Assembly: GCA_040954595.2 (NCBI GenBank)
Contig: CM082579.2
Location: 15,228,550 to 15,292,549, forward strand
Length of the DNA stretch: 64,000 bases
DNA from: Balanoglossus misakiensis
Taxonomy: Eukaryota; Animalia; Hemichordata
Reading direction: 5' to 3'
Positions 51,622 through 63,689 of this stretch are shown one piece after another. Every line of letters starts with the position of its first letter. Positions within the stretch are counted from its first letter, which is position 1. The translations under genes were made by a program, and so were the position numbers. The notes under the pieces were generated by a model. That model saw nothing but the letters and a program-made list of their open reading frames with translations. It did no database searches and was not told the DNA's origin.

Positions 51622-54600
51622 TTAGAAGTATCTGTCTCCGTGACTCTCATGAAATAGTTCATTTCTACTCTTAAGAGGCCTTGGTCTCCATTCCTCACTT
51701 CCACTGGCACTACCACTGTCGCCACTATACATGGGATTGTAGTGATAGATTTCTCTGAAGGCTTCCTCATCTTCCACACTTTTCCCTGCCTTGCTATCAA
51801 CATCATCTGTATCATCAAACCAATGGATATCCATAGTTGCCTCTTGTTCTTCCCAGCCTGGATGTTTCTTTCCTCCAAGAGCACACCTGAATGTCAAATA
51901 GTTGAACATCATCAATGTGGGATTTGTTGTGATGTTGTTACTACTGTAGAATAACGCAGGTGGTTGTTGGACACTTTGCGGTCTGGTCGCGTGACTTTGC
52001 CTTGTTAGCCGCCATGCATGTTGAACGCAAATTATACCATGATGCCCTGCAGTTACCCTATACGCTAATAGGTCTATGCATGAACTCTTTGAATAAATTT
52101 GCTTCCACGATACAGATGAGATTATTTTTCACGTTGCCTCATGCATGTATGGAAAGATACAGGTAAATTCCCAGTTTTCTGATGGGCAACATTTCTACAG
52201 CTGTCTCGATTCTACTCTGGTAGTACTAAATAACTTACCGTTGGTACATGAGTAACATTATTACACCAAGCACTAACACAGCCGCTAAACCTCCCGCAAC
52301 ACCACCAATGATGACAGCTGGAGGAATCTGTAAGAGTTTAAATATTTCTATTTGTCACGGGGGCGATATGCTACGATAAAAGCAAGAAAACCATTCATTA
52401 TGATGCTTAACTATTGTAAAATGGTTAGTTGACCAAAAATCTAGTTATACTGCAGATGTTGCAGTTTCACCATTTTCACAAATATTTTCAAGACAACGTA
52501 AACTGTAATCATGTAGATCAAACAAATGTGTAAACTTTAGTGAATATTGTTTTTCAATCTTGAGTTATTAAAAGACAAAGAAATGTATACACACCTTTAA
52601 CTTGCATTGGTATTCTCTGGCGGCAAGTTTCACCTTGATATTCATCAGTACATTCACAAACAGGATTGCCATCACTGTCCTTGATGCAAACAGCATTGTT
52701 TGAGCAGAACCCTTCACATTTATCTAGACACAAGAATAAAATCACATCACATTATTCTACCTGACGAACCATTTGTATTAGACAAGAACTAAACCCACTT
52801 GCAGATTCATTTCTTACAAACGGAATGGAAGTTGTGTGCTGTCGAACGTTGATTCACTATATATCCACATGTACCGGGTGAATAACATAAACAGTGTCTT
52901 GTATCAAACATAATTAATGGAAAAAGGGCAGCAAGAGAGATACTAAATCAACAGTAGTGTCTACGTTTTAGCTGTACATATTTCTGTTGACATTTCAGTT
53001 GTAGATAGTTACATACCTGTACAAGTTATTCCATCACCAGTGAAACCAGTTTTGCAAGTGCATTCATATCCTGGTACAAGATTCCTGCAAGTGGCATTTG
53101 GGTGACAGTCATCCAGACCAAGACGACATTCATGTGCATCTAGAAAACAAAAATTCTTGCAATGTCTTTAACTGACCACCAAATAAAACTATGGGATCTT
53201 CATACATATCACCAGTTAAAGGTATACGGTCACCTATGGAAAATTAGCTATAGTTACCATGGCAAAAGGAGATCTAGCCAATCACAGATTTTCAGTGGGT
53301 GGCACATGCAAAAAAGAGCGCCACCATATGTTCTTTAGAACTCTCATATACTCCATTTCAGCCATATATGGGCGTTTGTAAATTGGAGGTGACTGTATAC
53401 CTTTAAGTTAGATGACTACCCAGATGCAGTGCATGGTTATCACATTCCATAGCCTAACATGTAGAATTCTGAGAAAACAGTATTACAATATTGTTATTTC
53501 CGTGAAATTTTCAGAAAAGGTGTTAAAAGAGGAGCATTATTAAATTATATAAAAATATTGGATCACACAACATATCAAATGATACTCTAAATAAAGAAGA
53601 AAATTTCTTATAATGAAGTGTTTGTGTCAGATTGAACAGTTAAGGTTGATCTCCACAAGCACTTCATGCATGTTATCAGTTCTATGATTATGAAAAATTT
53701 ATTCCTACCATCACATTCTGTTTCATATAGGGCACCCTCTCTGCCTGTAGTGTAGCCAGTTGGGCATGGTTGACAAGCATCCTGGTTGAATTCAAAGTTA
53801 TATGTTCCAACAGGGCATTTCTCACATCTATAGGACTCCTGATTCAAGTACCAACCAACATTGCAGTAAGCTGTTGATGGAATGGAAAAAGAGCATAGAA
53901 TAAAATTGGAGGACTATCATTATTCTGAACAACTGAGGCACAATAATACAACCTTCAGTTCAGTACAGTTGAGATACAACATGAAAAGTTGTATACATAA
54001 TACTTACAAACATTACAATCTTCACTTAAGGTTGAACCGACTGTTCTTGTGGTGAAGCCAAATGGGCACGGCATACAAGACGGCTGAAGTTCAGCATTTG
54101 ATTGATAGGTTCCCATGGGACACGACTCACAAGACCCATTGACACTAAGTTGGACTCCCACTGATTTACATACCTCTGTAATTGAGAAGATTAATTTTTT
54201 GATATTCACGATTATCTGCTTTTCACTCACGTGAATTTGTTAAACTGTTGAATATGTTACATATCTGGCGGTTCTAAAGTAAAAACCTACTCGGAAAAAA
54301 GTTTACTGGATGCCGAAATATTGCTTGCCTGTCACTTACAAATGATAACGCCATGGGTACGTCACATGGCCAGATCATGTGATTGATAGTCAAGAATAGC
54401 AAATAACACAAGTACCTACCCTGACATTGTGACTCATCAGTAGCTCCTTCAACTAATGTAAGCATTCCCTTTGGGCAAGTATTACACACAAACTTTCCTT
54501 CTTCTGATTGCCAGAATCCAATGGGGCAGCTTTGGCACTGAGAAGTCCCGTTGTCAAAGTAGTGACCAACATCGCACCTCTCTGCAATAGACATCATTGT

Positions 54601-57600
54601 TGAAAAATTATTTTTTCAACCAAAGAGATGAACATTCCAATTGTCATTCTTTCCATATTGGATCACACCACAATAATTTGATATATACGTCACAATTCCC
54701 GGCAAGGGGTATGGGGTTTTATCGGGCCAGTGGCATGAGTGAGGCTAGACGCTAGTTTTGGAAGCAAAGCGGACAAAATACGGCTAGATACTAGGCTATG
54801 GCTGTGGACGAGGAGGAGATATTGCCTTCTGTTATACATACCAAAACACTGCAAGATGGATAATGATCTCTTTCCCCTGGTGACTCCATTATTTGGACAG
54901 GCATTGCATGCTGTTTGTCCTTCAAGGGGTTGATAATATCCAATTGCACAAGGATGGCACTGACTCAGCTCAGTGTCATGGTACGACCCTTCAGGACACA
55001 ATACTGTGGAAATACAAAATGTTGAAGGCAGATGTATACATTGTTCATGTACTGATCATTATGCATTAATGGTTTAAAACACAACTACAATTGTAACACA
55101 CAGCATTCATTTTGGCCAGTTTTTCACTCTTGTGTCTACAAGTGGGATTGCAGTTGTGTGTGGTTGAATGTTGATTCACTATATATCCACATGTAGAATA
55201 ACATTAACTGTGTCTTCTATCAAACATAATTAATGGAAAAAGGGCAGCGAGAAAGAGACTTTGTCCCTCCTTGGTATGAGCATATCAAATCAATTATTTC
55301 CTTATATCACCTCTTGGTTGGGTTGTATTTACCACTCACACTTGTCTTTAATTTGTACACTGCGACTCACAACCACACTCGCAGCAATACGCCCCACCTA
55401 ACAGGTCATATCAGGCGATATAAACATATTAACATCTACACCTTTTTATAATATTAATTTTGGACACAGTTTTAATCCTTTCACCACCATGGTTCAGTCC
55501 AAACCAATTGTTTTCTATTGTAAGGTTTGACCTCTATAGAGGAAACTGGGAGTGAAAGGGTTAAAGTACATAACAACTGAGGAGTATAGGCACTCACCAC
55601 ATTCTTCTCCAACAAGAACACTACCATTGGAACAGAATATTGTACTTTCAACTTGTAATGTCTCAGCGTCGACCGAATATTCAGCTGTATCAAAAGGACC
55701 ATTCTTGACTGCATCTTCAATAACTACAGCTGCAGCATCAGCAGAGCTAATGGATAAAACAACAGGCAAAAAATTCTTACATATGCCACATTACAATACC
55801 AACCAGAAGTGTGTACTGTAAACTGAGTTGTTTTCACGACAGGAAATTTTCGCGATATTAAAAGAGGCGACTGTTACGTGAGGACGAATTTTCGAGTTCT
55901 CGTATTTCACTAACTGCATCATTATCTCCAAAAACATTTTACACAACTTTTTATTTTAACGTTTTTTTGACCAGCACATGTTTTGCAGAAATTTACTGCT
56001 CGCGAAAATAACACGTTTTGCAGTATATTTCGAATGCATGAATCTTTAGAATACAGGATGCCGCAACATGAAGGAAGGTGGGCAGAAATGATGGGGTTGC
56101 CAAAAACTGAAAATGTTTGAGTGTTAAGACACAAAATAATTTGTTTTCACTTGCATGAATGGAATATTTTGCAATAATGCAAACACCAGCTGTATAGGGA
56201 ATACAGAGCTGGTCCTCACACAGCCTGGGATCAGTACCCTAGACATGTCACCAAAGTCATTTCAATAGAACAGAAGGGGAATGAAATACTCGAAAAATAA
56301 CAATTACTACTCACGCATTGGTTGTGAAACTGAACTGAACCACAAGCTGAGTATCAGCCTGTCTCTTTCTTCGGTTTGAGGCGCCGCAGGTTATTTCAAG
56401 GTCATCAAAGTTGCATTCACCGCCACAAATACCAAACAAATCATTCAGATAGTTGATAGTGTTCATAAAACTGATCCTCAATTGCTGGATGACACCATTG
56501 TTACATGTACCAGCCTGTGAATTGTATGACACGCCACAATTCACTCCACGTTGAGTCTTCCCAGGAGCTGCAGTAGAACAATACAAACAAACAAATTTTG
56601 TTAAAGATGCAATTTTCAATCTAGCGAACGATGTATTGACTTAGACTGCGAAACCGCTTAGCCAATCAGGAAAGTTACAGCTGCTTACCCAGAACAAAAT
56701 ATTAAGAAAATAGCTCAAATGTACTGGAGCTTTATATTGGGGTAAGCAGATATGATGTTAACAAATTATCTACCTGTAATCACAACCTTGACATACTGTA
56801 AAGCAAGAATTTGCATTACTCATATTTCTGTTTTCATTTATAACTAAAAGAAAATTGTCTCAATGCTGGAATACCCCCTCTCACAACTCTCTCTCTTTGG
56901 AGAATTTTCTGAATGTGCATGTGCAACCTGATTATATTTCTTTACTGATACCAAATCATTTTTTTCTCACCTGAACATCCAGGGAAGGTGAATTCCTCGT
57001 CTGGATTCTCAGGATTAAAAGATCCTTCACTATGGCAGAGATAGTAAGGTGCTTGCAAACTTGTATCCTGGTAAACAATCCACCTGACAGAACACACCCG
57101 ACTCAAACTCATTACAGATGGAAATACCTTTAACTGGTGGTGCTGGCTTTTCACAATCAAATGATGTAAAAGAAAGGAGAACACAGTTTATTTGTCTATA
57201 TATATTTTTTTAATTTTATTTCATCTATCATCCAACAGGCAAATACTACCCAAATGTCTGTGTCTCATATATCATCCAACAGGCAAATACTACCCAAATG
57301 TCCAGGTCTAGGTAACGAACCCACAACCCTAGCAACTAGGGCACAATGCCTCTTTTACCAGGTTCACACAGGGTAAAATTTGAGACACTATTTGCCAGTG
57401 CTAACCACAGAGCATTAATCCTTTGAGTCATGTTGTGTCCACACACACAAAGTTTATGTATGGGCGCTGAGGCTCGGCCCCATAGACAATGGGTTGCGGA
57501 GAGGTGTTAATCCTTACACCGGCTCAGGTCTGGCTGGCAGAGCCGTCTAAAATCTGAGACGTTTCAGGACCACTTACACCGTCCACACATGTTTTTTTAA

Positions 57601-60600
57601 GACAGTATCAATTCTGAGATGCTTCAGAACTGTCTTAATGGTGTATGTGTGACACCCATATTTATTACACAGTCAAATCTTTTAAACAGAACACCAACAC
57701 ATTAACATGTTTCTATGTTAAAGGGACTAGGAAAAGCTGTTGGTTGAAGAGAGGTTTCCCGATTAGACAGGGTTTGTTTTAGACGGGTTTGAGTGTCCTT
57801 GTATGTTCTGATGTTGTTATAATTTTTGATAGTTACATAGGGACAAAAGTGATAATGATGCAATCATATTACTGTAAAACGGCAAATTTTCCCAAACTTC
57901 GTCAAAAAAGAAGAAGAAAATAAAGTCGCATAAAATGTTTTTCAGAGATAACAGAGTAGTTAGTAAAATACTAGAATGCGGAAATTTAATTCTCGTGTCA
58001 CAGTTGCCTCTTTTGATATATTGCAAAATATTTTCTGTCACGAAAATGTCCCGTTTTACAGTATGTGACAAGACATAACAAGGGGTAGAGATGACAATTT
58101 GTCAAGATATTAATTAATTTTTAAAGTTTATGTATGAATGATAAAAAAATTCACTCACGCAGTACATAGAGTGAAAAGTTGCACTGTGCATTGTTGCCAG
58201 CTGTATCTGAAGCAACATAGCTGATCTGGTAGGTTCCCCAGGAAAAGGTGTCACCTGTAAGAACAAAATTATGCACATCATTACAGGCATGGGTGCTAAA
58301 GCCAAAATAGCTTCCGTTTCTTGAATGTTTTTCATGATTTTCTTTTCAAACTTAGAATGGTCCATTTAAGTGAGCTATCTGGTGGGTATACACAGGCATA
58401 TTATCAACTCCTGATTGTGACTGTACATATAAACATGAACAAGATATGTATACTAAACAGATATGGTGCCGCACACGTTTATTCAACTGCCCATTGTAAG
58501 AGAACACAACATTTGTGGTATGGGTATCCCCAGTAGTAGTGGAGAATATTAAGTACTTTACTGATTAAAGGCCTTGCTCAACAGTTGGTCAAATCTTTTG
58601 TTTCCAATAAACAATTACGTGCAAACACAAATGCTTTCGAGTTTTAACTTCATTGTACTGCCCTGGGATCGAGGAAAGGGCCTATAAACATATGGTAATA
58701 GTATCAGCAATTAAGGCTTTAATACTTGGAAGCAAGATCATCTGTCGCACATAGGATGTGCTAGCCATATATGAGTAACGGCCACAAGAATAAACTGTAC
58801 CAGTATGCTTCATACTGACCACAATCTTAGGAAAGTTGTCTCAGCTTGTTGGTTTCTGTTTAGATCAACTCCCCACCCCACCCCGATAAAAAAAACTTAG
58901 TTAGTGTGAATGTTATATATTATCTATAATCAGAAATGATATTTTATAGGAAACTTACCCATTGTGTAGGTTTGTGTCACATTGGCAATGGCGACATCAT
59001 CTGTAAATATAGGCTCCTGCCATACTCCTGTTGTCAAGCTATTAGGACTAATTATACGGGTCGTATTGGGACAGTAAATGACTTCAGGAGCGTGTTTATC
59101 TGAAGAAAAAAAAATGAAAGAATAACAAATGTTTGTAAATTAAACAACTGGTCCACACCCCCTATGCATACACTGGTACATTTAGGTAAATGCACTACTA
59201 GATGTTAATATCTGTCACATATTCATGAGAAATCCAGATATTGTTAAGTGCTTGTTTTCTGATACATGTGAATAGACTAGATCACTGTCAAGAAACACTA
59301 CAAGATAGGACAGGAGTCATGAGATGGTATCCATAGGCATAATAACTGATATGATCAATTACACTCATGATAAGCCTAGTTCTTGGAACAGCAGAAACTG
59401 ATGATGATGATGGTGATGATGATGACGATGATGATGATGATGGTGGTGGTGGTGGTGGTGATGATGATTATGATGATGATGATGGTGATGGTGGTTGTGA
59501 ATAGTATCATTACATTCAGTGTTAAATACATGTACGGTAGAAACAAAAAGACTGAGCGATACAGGCATGGGCAGATGATGATTCCCTATACTTCCTAAAG
59601 TAGGGAGATTGCAGGCTGTGTGATTGGAGTACAACACACAGCAGCTAGGGGCTGGTGAATGTACACAGGAAAAACTACTCAAAATTTCACACAGTTTTCC
59701 CTGGACAGACACAACATTACAAGGAGAGCTGTGTTAAAGTAAGGATTTAGGATTAATCAACTCTGTGAATATGACCCAATTTCTCCTCGTCAGATCATGC
59801 ATAAAATTGTTTGATAGTAATGAATAATATGAGGTTATCGCCCCATATCACCTCTTGTTGGGCCATATTTGCCGCGAGTGTGGGTTGTGAGCCGCATCAC
59901 ACGAGTCGAAGACGAGTGTGATGCAGCTCACAACCCACACGAGCGGCAAATATGACCCAACAAGAGGTGATATGGGGCGATAACCGATTTATCATATGCT
60001 CAAACTTCGGAATTTACAAGAAAAATGAAAAAATAAAGCGAGAACACTTTAATTTTAATGAATTATTTTATTCCGCTTAGCGCATTGATATTTTATTAAC
60101 ATTGTAAATCGGCTTCATTCATGTTGACATGACGCGCCATTTTTAAGTGTAGCGTAGCGGTGATATAAAAATATGAGGATAACTGTAAAGATGTTAAATA
60201 ACGGTAGGAAACGACAACATCGGTAAGTCAAAGATGTTTTTAAATAGTAAATTGTCAAAGGAGGTCAACCGCTCTCTATCATGCAAAACAACAAAATGTT
60301 TGAAAATTGAATCGAACACATTTTTTTGGGGGTGCAACAACAAGTGAACGTCATGAATTTAAAATCGGTTTGAAATCAGTTAAATTGCAAATAAAGCCAG
60401 AGGCTATTCATTTCAAAGTTCAAAAAGAGTCTCAAAGTCTGATCATTCCTGGGAATTTTCTGATGAGGACGGAGAGTCATAAATGACTGCACGGCGGCGG
60501 CGTTTGTACGGTGGTGGGGTCTGTGTCATAGATGATGATCCCGTCGACGTCGCGTTTGAAACATAGATATTAAACGAGCCGCCATATATAACTGCGTCGC

Positions 60601-63376
60601 TAAATATACCACCCGTTGTCGCCGCTTCCATCTGACACGTGTTTGAACTGACGGAACTAGAAATTGCGCGATTTTCGACTTGTTTGGATGAACCTGGAGC
60701 GAGGATGTTTGACATCTCTTCCTGCTGCCTGAGCGAGGCGGTGGCGTAGTTGTTGACCGACTGCAGCTGACTGTGGCCCGATAACTGTTGTACTTGGGTC
60801 GGTGGAATGCCTGCATGCAGCAATTTCGTGATGGCTGTTTTTCTCATGCTGTGATTGGTTTTTTTCCCTCTGATGCCTGCTTTATCGCTCATACTTTGGA
60901 TGACTGTTGCCAACTTATTCTTTCCCATAGGGGATTTCTTAAACCATATGGTTGATGAGGGCGAATAATTGATTGCCAAGTAGAAGGGGCTGTCTGGGGT
61001 ATTCATCTCAACGGGGCGACGATTAGCGAACTCCTTGTATGTGGCTATGGGACATGTGTCTGGCTTCTCGGGAGTTGCGAAGATTTTGGGGTTGAAGGGT
61101 CGTGGTTTTGCACCAGCCTGTCCAAATCTGGTCTTAGTCTCCCTTTCATTGAATTCGATATACTCTTTGTGGTCGGCCGTCTTTTTGAGCTTGATATCCC
61201 CCCATTTCAATTCCCGGTTTTCTTGGCCACCGCGAAAGCCCAACATCTTGGTGTTGTTCATCCAAACTGCGTTGAACAACGCTTCGGGAGTCGATCGACC
61301 GACAAATCCTCGTTCAATTAAAAGTTGTTCTTCTTCATCTGTAAGCACTTCGGCAGCTTGTGGCTTATTTCCCCGTCCCTGTTTTTTTAGTTCAACTCTT
61401 TTTGCTGAGAGGCATTTTCGGGAGCGTTGGAATTCATTGTCACGGATGATGGAGACCGGGTAACCGTTGTCCTGCAGATAACGCTCGATTCCCCGCTGAT
61501 AGCTCGTCAAAGTATCGGGTTCATACTGCTCACCATTTTTCTGCCTGGCTCCAACAAAATATGCAGCAAGGTGGCTATCCAGATCTTGGGGTGGCATATC
61601 AACTATACGACGAGTTTCTGTTGGGCGCATACTCGACAACCATTCCTGAAACTGCTTCACTGCCGTGTTCGTACTCCTTACGGTATTCTTCTTTTTTTGC
61701 TGGTCCACAAAGTCGTCCAAATCGCCATCATTAAATTCCACATACCGATTTTGATTTTGCTGTTGTTGCTGATTTTGTTCGGGTACAGCAGTATCAGTTT
61801 CATCTTGACACAATAACTCAGCAAGTTGGAAAATTTCCTGCATCTCCGGGTCATTGAATGCTTCCATTGCGATGTCTATTTAGGAAGTGAGTAAATTTTG
61901 CCGTAGGCATCCACTTTTTATTGACCGGGTTTTCATTTTAGTGTTGAATTGTTTTTAAAACGTAACCATAAAAAATGTAGTTGTTTATTTTACTGAAAAC
62001 TACAAAAAAAAGTCTGAAGAAGGTATAATTGTGAAAATTTTCGGGTTATCTTTATTTGGTAAACGACCGTAATGAACGTAAACAGACCGGTCACCTGGAC
62101 AACTGCTCGCGCGCGTGACGCACAGTGTTGACGTGACGTTGTCATATTTTTTCTACGTGTGTAACTAATAATCGTTTGTTTTCCAAATCAATCACCAAGA
62201 TAAATCCTTTATTTATAAGACATGTCCGTGGCCATCAGAACCCCATGAATTTCGATGTTGACTACCGGTATGTCAAATCTCATGAAACCGGGCCCTGTAT
62301 CGGGTTATGTTTGTTTACATTTTAAGGTCGCCATTTTCATGAACATAGTTCCGGGTATAAGCGCAAGAAATGATGACGTTTAGTGTGAAATATCACCGGT
62401 GATATTTCACACTAAACGTGGTGATATTCACGTTAAACGTCACTAGGAGGAGGTGATATCAGCATGAGCATATGATAAGGCTATTTACCAACAGGTGTGC
62501 ATGGTGAACCAGAGTAACCAATTGGGCACCTGGTACTTCCACAAGCTGATGGCTGGATTTTGACCACACTACCCAATAACTCTTGATCCATTTCAACCCA
62601 CATGACATGATTGCCAAGTGGACTTTGTGAACAGTTCAAAGCCAGACTCTGGATTTCAACAGGAGTCAATACATAATCGTATACATTCATCTGTGTAACA
62701 TCACCATGGAAGCTAAAATAGTTGTCAAGGAGTCCATTTTCGTCATAGCTTTGACCAAGAATTACCATACAGCTGTTGAAAAACAAGAGAATAATGAATT
62801 CATTAAAAGTGCTGGTAAGAAGTTGTCAAAAATAAACTGTGAAAATCAGTATCGTTCCGCATAAGTTTGAATTTGAAAGTGCCACGAAGATAGCTTTGCT
62901 GATGTCCATAGTTTGCTCCCTTGATTTTTTTGGCCAGTTTTGTTGTAAGTCGCAACATGTTATGATGATATTGTATTGTCATGTAGGAGTAAGACAAGCT
63001 ACCTAGCAGATAAGTTATAAACAAGATAACTGCTTCACAAATAAATGGTTCACTTCTCTTGAGGCTTGGGAAAACTTGACAGTATAGGAAAATATAGAAT
63101 TTTAACATGTGATGATGACAATTTTCTATGGCTTTGTAGGAGTTAAAAATGTTCGGAGTTCCACTAGCAACTTACTTTTCTGAGTCAGCGATACCTGTCC
63201 AGGATGGAAGGGGTGATGTTACTGCAACACCATTCAAGTAAACTGCCACAATGCCTTCTTCAATTACCATGACAACATTATGCCACGAGTTGTCATCAAC
63301 TGATACGGTTACACCATTTGTACTGACAGATAGACTTCTGTCCAGGACAAGAAGGGTACTATCAACTTGGGTTAAG
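51622..63376 (-). CDS. 3' part of a multi-exon uninflatable/SVEP1-like type I membrane protein gene (pentraxin/LamG, EGF-like, HYR, [Sushi], furin site, 4-5 ephrin-receptor-like Cys-rich repeats, 2 EGF, TM, NPxY tail)
   Basis: Phase-consistent GT-AG exons on the minus strand: 63376-63176, 62772-62489, 59099-58959, 58254-58159, [57163-56971 defective], 56567-56315, 55746-55598, 55003-54842, 54581-54420, 54175-54008, 53870-53709, 53139-53017, 52723-52595, 52317-52239, 51886-51622. Motifs: ILGQ..FHGDVTQMNVYDYVL; DKHAPEVIYCP..ASDTAGNNAQCNF; RRKR; CPEGSYHD..CHPCAIGYYQPLEGQTACNACP; CTCKTGFTGDGITC; AVIIGGVAGGLAAVLVLGVIMLLMY; YNPMY. No start was found, so the 5' end probably lies beyond the window. 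Confidence 0.88.
53220..53402. mobile_element. TTAA-targeting MITE (Kolobok-like termini)
   Basis: TTAA|AGGTATACGGTCACCT ... AGGTGACTGTATACCT|TTAA. Confidence 0.82.
55277..55431. mobile_element. Decayed solo end of the Crypton-like element, in the opposite orientation
   Basis: TGAGCATATCAAATC..TATCACCTCTTG..CTCACAACCACACTCGC..GGCGATATAAACATATTA resembles the reverse complement of 59825-60002. Confidence 0.6.
55816..56023. mobile_element. TA-flanked MITE (Tc1/mariner-like)
   Basis: TA|CTGTAAA..TTTTCACGA ... TCGCGAAAATAACACGTTTTGCAG|TA. Confidence 0.6.
56971..57163 (-). pseudogene. Defective Sushi/CCP exon (lost acceptor plus frameshift)
   Basis: One frame reads FDCEKPAPPVKGISICNEFESGVFCQVDCLPGYKFA; a second frame reads APYYLCHSEGSFNPENPDEEFTFPGCS up to the donor G|GTGAG. 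The acceptor reads TTTTACAT instead of TTTTACAG. Length is 193 (3n+1). Confidence 0.78.
57872..58061. mobile_element. TA-flanked MITE (Tc1/mariner-like)
   Basis: TA|CTGTAAAACGG ... CCGTTTTACAG|TA. Confidence 0.65.
59399..59500. repeat. (GAT/GGT)n intronic microsatellite
   Basis: Direct reading. Confidence 0.9.
59833..59985. repeat. 153-nt terminal hairpin of the Crypton-like element
   Basis: 75-nt arms around a GAA loop (59908-59910). The only mismatches are two C/A positions and two GA/GA doublets. Confidence 0.95.
60443..61867 (-). CDS. Tyrosine recombinase (Crypton/DUF3504-like), 474 aa
   Basis: Catalytic set intact: GFRGGQENREL (R), ETKT (K), TNHSMRKT (HxxR), LSGHS (H), VNNYA (Y). N-terminal core-binding region NTVRSTNTAVKQF..NGEQYEPDTL. 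Basic C-terminal KRRRR. Intronless. Confidence 0.92.
   Translation of the reverse strand: MEAFNDPEMQEIFQLAELLCQDETDTAVPEQNQQQQQNQNRYVEFNDGDLDDFVDQQKKKNTVRSTNTAVKQFQEWLSSMRPTETRRIVDMPPQDLDSHLAAYFVGARQKNGEQYEPDTLTSYQRGIERYLQDNGYPVSIIRDNEFQRSRKCLSAKRVELKKQGRGNKPQAAEVLTDEEEQLLIERGFVGRSTPEALFNAVWMNNTKMLGFRGGQENRELKWGDIKLKKTADHKEYIEFNERETKTRFGQAGAKPRPFNPKIFATPEKPDTCPIATYKEFANRRPVEMNTPDSPFYLAINYSPSSTIWFKKSPMGKNKLATVIQSMSDKAGIRGKKTNHSMRKTAITKLLHAGIPPTQVQQLSGHSQLQSVNNYATASLRQQEEMSNILAPGSSKQVENRAISSSVSSNTCQMEAATTGGIFSDAVIYGGSFNIYVSNATSTGSSSMTQTPPPYKRRRRAVIYDSPSSSENSQE
62376..62419. repeat. Perfect 44-bp palindrome near the other end of the Crypton-like element
   Basis: ACGTTTAGTGTGAAATATCACC-GGTGATATTTCACACTAAACGT. 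Confidence 0.95.
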
Positions 63377-63689
63377 CTGCCAAGAAATTCAAAACAGAGA
63401 TTAGACATAAATCGGTGCATCAGCTGGTACTTTTGGGAAATTATCACACTTTTTTCAAACTGCGCCACCTTTAGCCCATACAGAAGTATGCACTGAACTA
63501 TGTACAAGTATTATGAACCCTAAGTATGAGTGCATATGCAAGTTTAAACCAGACAAATAATAAATCTTCGCCGCAAAGGAATATGGTCGCCACCGTGAGA
63601 AAATGCAAAATACAATTAAACTTGCAAGCAGCGTTGGCGGGGCACAAGCGGTTCCCATGGTAACAAGCAAATGCCAAGGCTGTATCTGC

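Larger units (their letters stand above)
59824..62478 (-). mobile_element. Crypton-like (CryptonA/DUF3504-type) tyrosine-recombinase DNA transposon
   Basis: Single intact YR ORF, no RT. Short terminal direct repeat (ATAA at 59824/62475, or alternatively ATATGA at 59827/62470). 153-nt hairpin at one end, 44-bp palindrome at the other, and a 14-bp inverted repeat at 59989-60002 / 62465-62478. Confidence 0.85.

Noticed and set aside
54690-54800. Special link between the receptor gene and the palindrome (match to 10115-10218 and 30670-30771)
   Set aside because: Short intronic match best explained as a dispersed repeat. The same applies to 63690-64000.
59365-59712. Poly-His and poly-Met ORFs
   Set aside because: Translations of an intronic (GAT/GGT)n microsatellite.
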